Positions 29,958-45,852 of a stretch of 64,000 nt of DNA are shown in pieces (the first letter of the stretch is position 1; each line of letters opens with the position of its first letter). The translations under genes were made by a program, and so were the position numbers. Source of the DNA: Eledone cirrhosa (Eukaryota); contig OZ024746.1 of assembly GCA_964016885.1 (NCBI GenBank), forward strand, positions 27,590,001 to 27,654,000. Direction: 5' to 3'. The notes under the pieces are model-generated. The model was not told where the DNA came from. It did not search any database and worked only from the letters and a program-made list of their open reading frames with translations.

Positions 29958-30389
29958 AAATGAAGTAATTCCATCGGAAAAGTCCAGGAAAAAAGAGTGC
30001 TCTATGTAAGCAACAGAGCTTAATTATTATTATTATGTAATAAACAACATAAGGCAATTATTCCATTTACCAGTGGTTTCTTAAAAGCAAAAGGTTTTGC
30101 TTTCAATCCTCAGAATGAAAAATCCTGGTTTGTTTATTGAATATGGATTCTATTTATTTGCGTGTGTTAATATGTAGTGGAGTGCATTCATGTATGTGTA
30201 TGTATGTATGTACGTTGTATGTTTGTGTGAATGTATGTATATGTGTGTGTATATATATGTGTGTGTGTATGTGTAGGCTTGTACACACACATGTGTGTGT
30301 GTGTGTATGTATATGTGTATATGTGTGTATATGTATGTGTATATATATATATATATATATATGTATGGATATGTACATGTGTATGTATA

Positions 30390-30425
<36 letters not shown>

Positions 30426-30536
30426 CGTGTTTATGTATGAATATATGTATGTGTATATGTGTGTATATATATGTGTATGTGTGTGTAGGTGTACGCTCTT
30501 TATATATATATATGTGTATGTATGTGTATGTATATA

Positions 30537-30575
<39 letters not shown>

Positions 30576-30891
30576 GTATGTGTATGTGTATATGTGTATG
30601 CGTGCAAATTATATGTGTATATATGTGTGTGTGTGTAAGTATGCTTTTGGGTTTTTTTGTGTGTGTTTGCATGTGTAGTTTTATTTTATTTTATTTTTCC
30701 TTTCCTTCTCCCTTTTCCAGCCTCACTTTCATATAGATTGCATTTTCGTTTGCATTTTCGTTTTTAGAATCCATATTCAATAAACAAACCAGGATTTTTC
30801 ATTCTGAGGATTGAAAGCAAAACCTTTTGCTTTTAAGAAACACTGGTAAATGGAATAATTGCCTTATGTTGTTTATTACATAATAATAATA
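29958..30891 (-). mobile_element. PLE-type insertion with inverted ~125-bp arms (30025-30152 / 30766-30891)
   Basis: Arms are reverse complements, each has an HHR, and a CA/TA-rich spacer lies between them. Confidence 0.8.
30061..30120 (-). ncRNA. Type I hammerhead ribozyme
   Basis: UUUCAUU-CUGAGGA-UUGAAAGCAAAA cc UUUUGCUUUUAA-GAA-ACCA c UGGU-A^AAUGGAA. The plus-strand copy at 30797-30855 lacks one stem III C. Confidence 0.8.
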
Positions 30892-30958
30892 TTATATATA
30901 TATATATATTATATATATATATTATATATATATATATATTATATATATATATATATAT

Positions 30959-31017
<59 letters not shown>

Positions 31018-31108
31018 ATATATATTATATATATATATATATTATATATATATATATATTATATATATATATATTATATATATATATATTATATATATAT
31101 ATATTATA

Positions 31109-31175
<67 letters not shown>

Positions 31176-31339
31176 ATATATATTATATATATATATATAT
31201 TATATATATATATATTATATATATATATATATTATATATATATATATATTATATATATATATTATATATATATATCTATATTATATATATATATATATTA
31301 TATATATATATTATATATATATAAATATATTTATATATA

Positions 31340-31447
<108 letters not shown>

Positions 31448-31457
31448 ATATATTATA

Positions 31458-31508
<51 letters not shown>

Positions 31509-31574
31509 ATATATTATATATATATATGTATATATTATATATATATATATGTATATATTATATATATATATATA

Positions 31575-31670
<96 letters not shown>

Positions 31671-31699
31671 ATTATATATATATATATATTATATATATA

Positions 31700-31746
<47 letters not shown>

Positions 31747-31831
31747 ATATATTATATATATATATATATTATATATATATATATTATATATATATATATA
31801 TTATATATATATATATATTATATATATATAT

Positions 31832-31888
<57 letters not shown>

Positions 31889-31934
31889 ATATATATTATA
31901 TATATATATATATTATATATATATTATATATATA

Positions 31935-32039
<105 letters not shown>

Positions 32040-32075
32040 ATATATTACATATATATATATATTATATATATATAT

Positions 32076-32150
<75 letters not shown>

Positions 32151-32158
32151 ATTATATA

Positions 32159-32251
<93 letters not shown>

Positions 32252-33439
32252 ATATATTTGTGTATGTGTGTGTGTTTGTTTTTGTTTTTAGGACTGGATA
32301 TCGATCGCCTTTCGATTTTTACATACATCAATGTTCTTAGAATATTGTTTTTTTTTTTATTAACCCGCTGCATGCTAGAATATATTTAAACTATATAAAG
32401 TATAAAAACATAACGTATATAACAGTTCTCGCTCCTGTATTGCACATCAACAACACTATCAGCAACATCTCGAAGCACCATAATCTCCGCCACCACCACT
32501 GTACTCACCACCACCACCACCACCTCCAGTATCATTACCAACACCATCACCAACAGTAACACCAACACCACAACCAACACTACCACCATTACCCCACCAT
32601 CATCAACACCATCGCCACCACAACCAGCACCATCATCATCATTGATGTGACTAATGATATTAGTTTAAGTCATCATGAAATAAACACACATACATACACA
32701 CACATATATATATATATACACATAAACACATATTAACACATATGCATACACCTATACATAGAAACACATACAGGCATACAATACACTCATATATACATGC
32801 AAAAAGTCACACAATATATACACATACACATGCATTTACACAAACAGATTCACACACGCACTACAATCACATACACACATACATATACACTCATTAATAT
32901 CACATACACACCAACATGTATACACATAGACACACGTACACACCACTATAACATACACACATACATGCACTCTGACACACATATTTCACTCTTCTTTCAG
33001 ATACTAACAGAAGCATGTACACATCCATACATATACACGGAGACACGCACACATTCACACACGCATACATACATATACACCGTTTCCCACACATACATAC
33101 ACAGACACACGCTCAGACAGACACATACACACACACTCACTCTATTATCACAACACACATACATACCCATACACAATTTCTCACACACACTCACTATTAT
33201 ACCATACATACACATACACGGCTCGCCACCCCACCCCCACTACTATCAGATATATGTCTCCCCCCCTCACACATGCATTCTCACACAAACACATTCACAC
33301 ACTCACTACTATCACACGCACATACACGTCTTACCCTCACTACTATCACACACATTGTTCGCTCGCACTCACACATTCACACACTCTCTACTATCACACG
33401 AATACATACATACACATCCGCGGCTTCGCCCTCACCCCC

Positions 33440-33640
33440 AACACACACAGACACATAGACCTGCACGGCTTCTTCCTCCCACACACACAGACACACATAC
33501 ATACACCTGCACGGTTTCTTCCCCCCACACACAGACACACATACATACGCCTACACGGCTTCTTCCCCCCACACACAGACACACATACATACACCTACAC
33601 GGCTTCCCCCTCCACACAGACACACATACATATCCATACA
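33440..33640. repeat. ~44-bp tandem repeat within CA-rich low-complexity DNA
   Basis: acacacagacacacatacatacacct(g/a)cacggcttcttcccc occurs 4-5 times. Confidence 0.75.
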
Positions 33641-36284
33641 CTGCTGCTCCTCCCTCCACACAACTATCACGTTTTTCTATTAGCATAAGAAATGAGAAAA
33701 AAATGGATTGTTTGTTTCTTCTTCTTCTTCAGGAAGACATGTTAACGTGACAGTGTCGAGTTTTACGATGGCTGAGAGCTTCATACCAACAAAAAAAAAA
33801 ACACAACAAAATTATAAAAGAATCAATCAAGTTAATGATGATGATAATGATGATGATGATAATAATACATAATAATAATAATAATAATGATAATAATGAT
33901 TTAAATAAAATCAAATACAACAATGGTATATATAAAAGAAAGAATGTTTAATTAAGCTATTGTATTGGTAAAGTAAAAGTTTAATTGTATTGTAATTCTC
34001 ACGTTTGGGGAAGATATTTTCTTAAATACTATTCACTTTCATATTCTCAAAGTAGAAATGAAAGTCAGTAACTCTTTCTTCATTTTCTCAACAACTGAAA
34101 ATTACAAAAAATTAATTATGATTAATTATAATTGTTTATGAACATTTGATATTTTCTTTAAATTGGATTGCTATCAATTTTTCATAAAACATATAATCAT
34201 ATTTAATAGGTAATTTTCTCTCGTTTTTGTTGCTGTTATTATATATTTTAGACGTGTAAGATACAAGTTAATGATAAACGTCATTTTTAATTTTAACGTT
34301 AATAAATTATTAAAGATATAAATTTGTAGATTATTTTCATTGGTCACAACGAATAAATAATATTTCGTTTGGTGTATTTCGTAATTTCATATGAAAACAA
34401 CGAATAAACAAACGTGATATGCTATCTAAATAAGTCATATAAAACTTGATACTATAAACTGATGCGACGAGGTTTTCCTGTTAATCATTTCTGTTTATCA
34501 CATTTATCAAACCACGTAAACATATTTACTTCTACTACACATAGCAATGGATATCTATTGCAGTTGGTAATTAATTGTAAGTTCACTCGTAAATTATTTT
34601 GTTAAATCGATAGATGTATTTTGTTTTAAGAGTAAAATCATCTTCATTCAGATAAAGCGGAAACCGGCAGCATTTTAGTCTATATCTGCAAAAGTTTTAT
34701 TTTATGAAATCTGGAATCTTGTATTAAAATAAAAACGACAACTTATGATCCGTATGGTCAAGGCTTTGAAACGATTTCAGATAAGATTCAAAATAAAAAT
34801 TGGCATCGAATAACAAAGAAGTGAGATACGTTTTGTAGTCTCAAGTATTACATATAAATAACTAAGACCGTCATTTACTTTAAATAGAATGTAAACTAAA
34901 CTAAATCCATTTCACCCAAGATCTCAAGCAAACGCACAACCTTCAATCAACCCCACCCATCATACACATACCGTACAAGTCATAATTTATAATCAAATGC
35001 GTCATTCAAACCGCTAACCCAGTACTCCCAGTAAAATAACAACCAAACTGAATTAATTACTGATTTGAGGACAACGGACATCATCAGGCTCCAGCTGTGA
35101 CATTGATAAGATTCCCCACCCATGATATATAGCACACTTCCAGGAAGCTAAAAGTGTATATGTTTTGGCCAGTTAAAAATTAATTCACGAGAATTTGGCA
35201 TACACTTGCACGTACCAAAATATATAGAGACATGGAAATAGATTCCTGCGAATTGCCAGTTGTTTTCGCAGAATTGTTTATTTAAACATATAGAAATATA
35301 GAAACAGTTTAAATATATAAATATAGTTCAAATATATGTCCAGCTGGGTTTCTTTTGATCCGCTCTGGATCTAAACCAAGCTTATTTGCACAATTCCCAA
35401 ATGGGTTTTAATCAACAAACATTTTTATTACAAAATAAACTTACATAGATTTATTGTAGTGCAACTAACAGCTTCCAAGGTAGCAATGGATATATTTGGA
35501 ATATATCTGTCGGAAGTATTCAAAAATATTCGACATTTTATGTTGCGTTTTTTTTTTATGTTTTACGTTTATATTTTGAGATATATTTTTGTACTGTTAG
35601 CAGCTTAAAACATCCTACCATTAAAGTGTAAAAACTGATCTCAGCCATCTTGTCTTGTTCTTTATGTGAACAAGATAACCCCTCCAGAATTTCTCCCCAC
35701 TTTAAAATATGATTCCCTAAAATAAATATAAATAAATCTTTTGTTATTTTTGTTGTTGATGACGATAGATACTCTATCGTTTTCAACCATGAACACAAAT
35801 ATTCAAAACATCAATAACTGAATTTCGATCAATAAATTCCAAACGGTGACGATTCCCGATGTCCTCCCTGCCACCATCGTTAAAATATGCGCAGGTTTTT
35901 ATCCCCACCAAATCTTCCTCACACCTCTTTCTCATTCTTTTTACTATTTAATTTCTTATTGGTAGAATTATACAAACTACCCAGAATTAGTTACCGCCAT
36001 TTACATTTCGAAACCCACCAAGGCCAACTCGTGGTTAATAGACTAACTACCATTCAAGAACGGTGGTCCATTTTAATCGATTATACTTCTGCTCAAAAAA
36101 CAATTAAATTGAGGTGTTAAATATCACTGTTATACAAGGTGCGAATCAAAGATTGAATTAAAGCACTGGCTAATTTAGCATATTTAGCGTTGAACACTGA
36201 GTTGGTTCCCAAATATATTAAACGAGATATTTTTATATTTACTAGGCGCAAGCACTGAAATTTGTAGCTGGTAACATCAGAAAC

Positions 36285-36341
<57 letters not shown>

Positions 36342-36343
<2 letters not shown>

Positions 36344-36558
36344 CGGAGGAAATGTGGTAAGGAACCAGATGGACCATAACGCACCAAAGTACTCAATATT
36401 TAGGGTAGTAGAGTGGGTAATAGGAAAAGGTATGACCCGACGGCAGAACTCAAGCCGTTTCGACTCCTATTTCTGGACTCAGAATTAGCTAATTGTGGAG
36501 TCCAGAATTAGCCGTCGAAACGGCTTGAGCTCAGCCGTCGGGGTCCTACGCTTTCCTA
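36342..36558 (-). mobile_element. Family-A fold-back element in (TA)n
   Basis: Reverse orientation of the 4452 copy, with a duplicated hairpin centre. Confidence 0.85.
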
Positions 36559-36714
36559 TATATATATATATATATATATAATTTATGTACATGTTATGTT
36601 TATCACATATCGAAGTTTTCAGACAATTTTAGAGTGCAAAGAGCAACACTAAACACTACAACTAAATTGACCAAATTTGGCCCTCCCAATTAAGAAGTGC
36701 TACCACCGCCCCTG

Positions 36715-36804
<90 letters not shown>

Positions 36805-36822
36805 ACACACACACACACACAC

Positions 36823-36871
<49 letters not shown>

Positions 36872-36874
<3 letters not shown>

Positions 36875-36964
36875 CGGCGAAGACACAGAAGCGAAAACCA
36901 ACCAAACAGTGAGTGTGTTCTGTTATTAATTCTGGCAAATATGACCCTCCCCAAGTATAACAAT
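36872..36964 (+). mobile_element. Terminal fragment of family-C PLE
   Basis: tggca..atgaccctcccc.aagtataacaat followed by (AT)n. Confidence 0.6.
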
Positions 36965-37086
36965 ATATATATATATATATACTTGTCTCATGAACCTGTG
37001 ATAAGCAGGCGTAACTCCAGGGTAACAGGACTCCCCCTTTAGCCTTAATACGATGAATATATATATGTGTGTGCGCGTGCGCGTGT

Positions 37087-37132
<46 letters not shown>

Positions 37133-38036
37133 GTATATATGTACGCGTGTCTATGGATGTGTTCATGCCCCGCAATCTAGCTGATCGAAAGATAAGCATG
37201 ATCAATAAAAACATACCATGATTAACAACAAACGTATTGCGGTTGATATGATCGACTAAATCTCCTTACAGGGGTGACACAGCATGGCCGCTATCGAATG
37301 ATAGAAGAGAAGCAAGTAGAAAAATTAAAAAGCCAAAAAAAAAAAAAATTGTTTATATTTTTATATATGTATTTACATTGTATTTTGTTACCTGTCACGT
37401 GAATTAATTAAACGAAGGAAACATTTTGGAATATATCGGCGAAGCGTTAGTAATGTAATTTGATGTATTTCAAGAGATAAGGAGTGAGTGGCGTTAATGC
37501 ATTAGAAAAATGGCTATGAATAAGATAAGCTTTCTGTTTTCACTAACTTGCTTTTAAAAAGTCTTCAGTTATTTAAGCTGCGCAATCAAGGACTATTTCC
37601 TGTCAGCTGTTCCCTAAGATTATTCTACCATATCATTTGATCTGTGTAAGTATGCCTCATCAGTGATTCAAATAGACAATGTTATCAGATTAAATTAAAT
37701 TTCTATTCAAAATAAACGTGCGTTCCTTTATAAGGCTGCGATAACTTATACGACACCCTCTATTCATTTCCTGTCAATAGTTCTCATATTAAACCTCGAC
37801 GCGGCCTGGTTCACCGAAATAGAAAATTGGTAGTATGGTGGTTTTTGTTTAATGAAAATAATTAAGTTATTTAGCATAAGATCTCTATCTCAGTTTTCGG
37901 GTCATCCTTAATGATATGTTAAGATATACGATACATAAATCAGTCGAATCTAGTGTGCTTGTCTTTTCATGTATGCATATATATATATATATATATACAC
38001 ACACAGAGTCTCTCTCTCTCCCTCCATCTCTCTCTT

Positions 38037-38076
<40 letters not shown>

Positions 38077-38201
38077 AAATAAACTGTTTTCACATTAAGG
38101 TCTTTATTGATTTTACACAGTTACGACCGTTTCACAGATGGGTGGCTCAGGAACTATATAAATGCTATAGACCCGACTTCAGCCTATAGATATACTCATA
38201 C

Positions 38202-38233
<32 letters not shown>

Positions 38234-40191
38234 GAGAACGGCACCCAGTGGAATCGGATTCGAGATCTCAGGATTATGAAACGGATATTCACCAATGTTC
38301 CCATCTAAATAAACAGAAGTATTAGGTAAGGTTACGTATTTAGGAGAAATTATATCTTGAAAAGTATTTTTGTTTATGATAAAATAAATATTTGGCTATA
38401 CCCTTGCGTCCTGGTCTCGGGTGAGGCCTGACTCAATTGTTCTTTGATCATAGGCGTTCTAGTCGTGACCATCACTTTATTTTTCCCACTAAGTAATTTA
38501 TCTTTGTCTACATTAACATTTGATATGTACTTCTTTTGTAAATTATGGTATGTTGCAATACAATCGACTGAGATTTGGCAGCTATCTTTAGCAGATCTAG
38601 CGACCAGGTTCAGACCAAATTGTTGATTTGAAATATAAAAAGTAACTGCCATTATTTACTTTCCTTCCCTTGTCAACTTAACATTTTATCCTCAAATATA
38701 AACTGCTATGGTTAAACTTTATCTCCCCTTAATTTGCCTGAATGGAAGGTTAATGAGTTCTTTGGTATAATGGAAATTCAAAGCTTAAAATAAGATTATT
38801 CTATCTCCTTTATGGGGATGAAGACAGCAATCGCTAACTTTATTATCTACCCCGTATCCAGGCTTCTATGAAATTAATGTTCTTCTAGACATTTAACAAC
38901 AGTTATGACATTTCATGGTAAGGACAGAATTTCAAACATAAATCACATCATCTATCAAATAATAAGCGAGTGCTACTCAATAACTAAATGGATGTAAATA
39001 TGAAGTGGAATCTATTATATATTGAAAGAAGGAAATATATTTACTTTAATGTTCCGCTGTCTTCGCGACCTCGCTACTATACAAACGAAATGAATTAACA
39101 TTGCCGGTGCATAAATAGAAACATTAGCGGTGGTACATCAATAGAAAATTGAATGTTATGTATATCGTTATACGAGCGAAATGTTAGGAAGTGGATATAT
39201 AATCTGATTAAAGTTAGTAACATCGCTAAAAACGAACGATTATCAAAGGCCATTTTATCTTCCATCTCAATCCTATGTGTCCATTACATGAAATAAAAGA
39301 CTGTGTTCGCTAAATAATTCATGATAGCTTCTTCTTCTTCCCTTCTTCTCTATGGTAATGTCACAGTTTGAAAGCATGTATATAACATCATAGCCAGTCA
39401 AATCTAGATTACATTTATTCTGATATATGTTTATCACACGAACGGGAACAATACAATTCCACCATTTTTTCACATTCTTTTCATATATTTCTGAAACAAC
39501 CAACGAAAAACGTCATTTTAACCACAACGACCCCACACATGCACTCTTAAACTAGAAAATATACATTAACATTTCTATTTTCTTTTTCAGTAGCAAATCA
39601 TTAGAAATATAATGTCTTTGTATCCTTATTTCCAATGTAGAAATAATCATGTTCATTTTTCATAAATAGTTTCGTATAGATATGAATCTGATCGATTAGA
39701 TCTTAGTTTCAGACTTGGGACAAAAATACATATATTTCTAATTAAACTAATGTGAAAAGTTCAATTCATCCCACATAGATTGAACAGAAAAGACTTCAGA
39801 TATATTTCCTAATATATCAGGAAATTATTGGTTTTCTTTCACACATAGAATAATCTAGTCATAAATACTGATATACAATTGATATACGATAATTTCCTAA
39901 AACTTTACCATTATGTGTAGCTTTTAATATTTTTTATTCAGTCGTATGATGAAAGATATACTAAGAGTGAAAATGCAACTTTTCTTACTCCATATAATGT
40001 AGGTTGCCTCAGTATATACACCACGTCCGAACACAAAGGAACCAAACTCCCACTCTCCTTATCTCTCACTATTATGAGCAAATGGGGGCCCATGCGTTGG
40101 CCGCCCCGCGGCCCCGGCGGACAGAATAGATATTTGTCAAATAAATCAATTATTACATATGTTTAATAATTTATTATAACATATAGCTATA

Positions 40192-40762
40192 TCTATATAT
40201 ATAAAACTGAGGATGACTGGGTGTGTGTGAGTTTGAATCCCTAAAACTAGAGAATCACCCAATCGACTGTTTTCAAACTTTACACATGTAATACTTATGT
40301 TTCAGGGAGTGTTCTGAGCAAAAATAATTTCAAATGTTCAATGCCCTAGGGACCGCATTAGGCGATTTAGCGATCTCTCTCTATAATTCTTAGTCTTTCT
40401 CTTTTTAGATAGATACATACATATAACGCCGCGCCCTTATAATATCTGTCAGTATGTCTGGCTGTCTGCATTACGTCACTTCCTACAATTCGCTCTGCGT
40501 CCAGACGCGCCCTTATAATACCTGTCTGTATGTCTGGCTGTCTGCTGCCTCCGGTTATTCCGCCACCCTTGCTCAAGACAAATCTCACACTCATTCCCCA
40601 AACAGTTGGTAAGTGCACACAACTTCCCACAGTGTTGCTTACTTACGTACCATCAGACCCTTACTTCTTTGCCAGCCGTGGTTGTGGCAATACTAAGCTT
40701 AGCTAAGGCGGTTATATATTTCACAATACCTTATCCCGTGCACCGCCGGGTACCACTGCTAG
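40192..40762 (+). mobile_element. Non-autonomous Helitron
   Basis: 5' A|TCTATATATATAAAA, subterminal GC hairpin cccgtgcaccgccggg (40735-40750), 3' CTAG|T, and no TSD. Confidence 0.8.
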
Positions 40763-43367
40763 TAATATAATAATTTTAATATTATTATTTAACAATAATG
40801 ATTATTATAGTTTTTATGGTTTCTAATTTTAAGCACGAAGCTAGCAATTTTGGTGGAAAGGTAAGTACTTGCTTGTTATTTAATTTCGTCAACCCCCGAA
40901 GGATAAAAGGTGGGATTTGAAATTAGAGTGTAAACAACAGAACAGTATAAGCACTCATTAACCCTCTTGTTACACCTATATGGCTACGATAAAGCATTTT
41001 GATCGACTGCCTCGAGCTTCGGGCAATCCACCGCCCTGTGTATAAACATCAATGTTATCAACATTTTCCTTCATTGTCACAACTCCTAAACTATTTTACT
41101 GCGGCAAAAGTAAGCTTCGTATTTCTTTTTATCAAACATTTCCACCAGAAATTGTCTTCACGTCTTCTACACAGAATAACATTTACCCTACGATTTGAAC
41201 TACTTGTATTAATAACTACCCACTCAGACCATTACAAGCTCGATCGATTTCTAATCCTTTACTTCATAGCAAGAAAGTTTGCCTTTCTTTTATTGTAATG
41301 TTCCTTGAACTCTCCTGAACAACGCTTTCAACATCTTATCCAGATCACCACTCAAAATTATTGACAAAATACTATCCCCTTACATCTTCACTGTTTGATC
41401 TCTGTAATGTATTACTGAATCCCACTACACGGCACCGAGTTGAAGTGAGCTATTCTGGAAGTCAATAATGGTTTAAAACCCCTGAACTAATGGCAGAAAC
41501 AGGATGACTGATTTCAGCTTCACAAGATCAATGTCTAATCACAAAGTGATACCAAAGTTAATTTATAAGTGTTGAGGTTAACGTCAACTACAAACTAATG
41601 CAAACAACATGGTTAAACAACAAGTCCCATCATTTCCGCAGCAACTAAATCTATGCCTGAACACGACCAGGTTTGTAGCTATTTACCTGAACACATCTAC
41701 TTGAAAACTTAGACTAAGTTGTATAAGCACTCGTTAACCCTCTTGTTACACCTACGATAAAGCATTGTGTAGAAAGTGAGGAGATTAAATTGAACCACAT
41801 ACGAAAGAAAACGAATGCACTCATATAGACATTTCGATCATTTTCTTTCAAAGATTTTCCGGAAGTAAATCGAAAATCTATAGAAGTACAAAGCGGAGGA
41901 AATACGTGTAATATAGCGAATGAGAGTTAAAACGGTAACGGGAATATCTTTATTGAAATTGATGTTAACATTATATTAAATATTCTAGGGAATAATGTGG
42001 GCAGGTAAGTAGTTCCTACACGTCACATTTTTGGAGATATGTAATTTATGGACTTCACTTAATACCGTTTTGTATACAGTTCAACCAACCATTTCTGCTA
42101 TCGAGCTAATAAGATTATCAATAAGCTAAGGTGAATATTTCGAGTATATTCTCTCAAACCTTTGTTGCCCTTTCATTGCATGTACAAAAACTGAGTGTTC
42201 AGAAGAGGATAAAATGAAGAAAGCACACAGTGAATGTGGATGCAAATAAATCGGTTATTCTACACAGGTTATAGTTGAGATAAATTGTTCGAGAAATATC
42301 TGACAGAGTGTAAAGATTTATAGCACTGATATTGCCATGGATGTTGGTCTTACAAGTGTGTCATCGCACCGTTTTCACCACGATGCACACTAATAAAATT
42401 AAGTAAAGAGAAAACACGACATCAATAGGATAATATATGAGAATATATGAGCTATGGACACGTGACCAAATAGAATACTTAGCTACCAACTAACGATAAC
42501 AGATGAAGCAAGGTAAAGAAAAAAAATAAAGATGATTTGGAACTGAATATATAAGTGACCAGAGAAGAAGAAAGTACATTAATAATTGTCAAAAAAGACG
42601 AAATCACTTAAGGTTGTATTCTAATTGGTTTCTCATAACCTATACATAAAACATACTAAGTGAAGGAAGGTAGAAAAACTCTGTAAATGCCAAAAGTTTG
42701 AAATAGAAATAATGGAACTATTGGCATTCAGCACGAAACACTTTTATTCCAATACATTTAGGTAGATGACATTCTACTCAGGTTTTTCAAAGCCTCATAT
42801 AGAAACTTGTCTTTGCATGGATCAAAAGATTTCTTTTGTTTCTTTTTATCATTGTTATTGTTGTTGTTGTTGCTGTTGCATTGCTGTTATTTTGTTGTTG
42901 TTCTGCTGTTTTGCTTCCTAAATTACTTCTTATTTTAATATTGTATTAAAAAGGAGAGACTTCTGTTTTTCCTTCTAGCTCTCGCCTTTCTATTTCTGTC
43001 CGTAAAATCTATCTGACCTTATATATGGCCGAGTGGTTAAGACGTTCACTTCACCATAATGAGATTTCTGATTTAATCCTCCTGGGTGACCTCTTAGTCA
43101 AGTATTTTTACCATATCCTCAGATAGAACTAAATCCTTGAGAGTGAAATTTGATAGACATTTTAATTAAAATATTATGTAATTAACATGTATAAAACATG
43201 TTAATTAAAAACATAAAAAAATATAACATATCGATCAGTATAGAACTGATTCGATGCATTGTGATTACGAAGTGTTGCAAAATGCTGAGGTTGTTCTACT
43301 GATCGATCGAATTTGAACCTAATACTAATATCGATTTGAGAGTAAATAGAATCGTTGAAAAAAGAAG

Positions 43368-43400
<33 letters not shown>

Positions 43401-43825
43401 GCACACATACACACACACACATACACACACACACACACGCACGCACACACACACACACACAGACACATACACATACACACATACACACACAAACACATAC
43501 ACACATTTAACTAGAAAATGGTTTAAACCGGAATTTAAATGTTTTCAGAGCATTTTACTTTGGTTAAATCTCTCAAAATAGGTTTCCAGTATTAAATATA
43601 TTGCCTTTCATTGTATAACATTTCTGCCGTGAAAGGTTTTCCACGATTCATCGGTCAATATTACCATTGAATTTTGACAACCACATTAGTTGTAATATAC
43701 ATAAACTCAGTGTATCCAGGAATATACATGTGGCATGTGAAAGCTGTAGATATACAGATGTACACAGTTGACATGTGTAAGCAGTAGATTTACTAAATAA
43801 CTATCAATTCATTATATTAGCTTGT

Positions 43826-44011
43826 AGGACAGTGGATTGGCAGAATCGGTAGAGCTTCGGACACCCTGCTTTGCAGCAGTAAATTACGGCCCTTTACGTT
43901 CAGAGTTTAAATTCCGCCGAGGTTAGCTCTGCTTTTCATCCTTACGGAGTCGATAAAATAAAGTACCAGTAATCCCCTCCAAATTGCTGGCCTTGTGCCT
44001 AAAGTAGAAAC
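43826..44011 (+). mobile_element. SINE S1 with TSD
   Basis: S1 consensus with cattatattagcttg on both flanks. Confidence 0.9.
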
Positions 44012-44293
44012 CATTATATTAGCTTGCATATTTACATAGTTAGGTTTAACGTTATGTCAATGACTGAGGGGAAGCAACAAGAATAAATTCCATCATATTA
44101 TTATGCAGCAAATCGCGTAAAAGATATACGCATAATAGCGTATCGTATGTGAAATGTGATGAAGTGATAAAGTATGGAATTATTAGACTCTGTAGATATC
44201 ACGGATTTCCCTATTCGTATTTGCATAAACATCTACTGATACTCACATATCAATAAATACATTTATATACCCTATAGAAATAGGGTATATAAT

Positions 44294-44479
44294 TGTTTCT
44301 ACTTTAGGCACAAGGCCAGCAATTACCTAGTTCATTACTGGTACTTTATTTTATCGACCCCGTAAGGATGAAAGGCAAAGTCAACCTCGGCGGGATTTGA
44401 ACTCAGATCGTAAAGGGACGTAACTATGCTGGAAAGCATGGCGTCCGACTCTCTACCGATACTGCCAATCCACCGCCCT
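44294..44479 (-). mobile_element. SINE S1 with TSD
   Basis: Reverse-complement S1 with aata(g/a)ggtatataat flanks. Confidence 0.9.
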
Positions 44480-44771
44480 AATAAGGTATATAATAAACTG
44501 AAATTGTAGAGGATATACATGTTTCTGTATTCTGTAAAATTACATACTCTTCTAATGTATTGTGTTGTCGTTCACATATATTTCAATGGAGCATCAGGTA
44601 GAATGAGAGAGACTGACTGAGAAGAAAAGGGGAGATAATTGAGAAAATAAGTTTGCACACAGCAGAATAAAAGACATATATTAGATTTAAACGCACCCAC
44701 ATATACGAACATATAACAATAAATAGTCTTTTCAAAAATATAAATGTATATATATATAAATAAATGTATGC

Positions 44772-44835
<64 letters not shown>

Positions 44836-44839
<4 letters not shown>

Positions 44840-45112
44840 CGGTGAAAGCTATTATATATATATATACATATATATATAATACCTTTCACCGTATTTTTGA
44901 CTAAAGAAATTTTAGCCTGATAATGGCGTTTAGAACCCTCAGATAAATGGAAAAAGATGAGTATTGAGTACGTCAATACTCATCTTTTTCCATTTATCTG
45001 AGCGTTCTAAACGCCATTATCGGGCTAAAATTTCTTTAGTCAAAAATACGGTGAAAGCTATTCTATGTTCTAATTTCAAACCTGCTCACTGTTTCAAAAC
45101 ATACTTACTTGT
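44836..45112. repeat. Fold-back element in (TA)n; palindrome 44883-45057
   Basis: ~85-bp arms with loop gtacg at 44968-44972, an extra inverted copy of the arm end at 44837-44853, and a one-sided tail. Confidence 0.8.
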
Positions 45113-45324
45113 TATATATATATATATATATATATACGTATATTTATATATCTATATATATATGTGTATGTATGAGTGTATATGTCTGTGTGCATGTGTG
45201 TCTATGTCTATGTCTATCTGTTTGTGTGTTTGTGTGTTTTTAAATATACATCACCGCATACATTACATATACATACGCCTACAGACACAAACACACAAAC
45301 ACACAACCACACATTTATACACGT

Positions 45325-45361
<37 letters not shown>

Positions 45362-45796
45362 GGTATGTATGTCAATACATTTATGTATTTAAACATATAT
45401 GTGAATGTGTGTATTTATGTGTATGTGTACATTTGTAGTAGACTTTTATACTTGTATCCATCATTACTGATCGAATTTGCAATAAATCAAATGCAATGCT
45501 ATTAGTAAATACATTAGTGAACTATAAGATTATAATGTATTAAAAAAATACTATAACTTTTCCATTAAGATATTAGAAGTATTCAATAATATATTCGTCT
45601 TTATTGAGCTACCACGAATTACGAAGCGATTACACAAAGGTTGCTGGCGATATAAATAAAGTTTAAAGGTATTGAACATTTTCCGTCCGACAACCGCCAC
45701 TCCCAACTACTTCACTCATTATATTTTCTCTCTGTATGTAAATAAACCGTGTATATATTTATATAGGTATAAGCACATGTGTATATGTATATGCAC

Positions 45797-45850
<54 letters not shown>

Positions 45851-45852
<2 letters not shown>

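Noticed and set aside
32797-33750. 317-aa His/Thr-rich ORF
   Set aside because: Decayed CA-rich low-complexity DNA plus a tandem repeat, with no domain signature.
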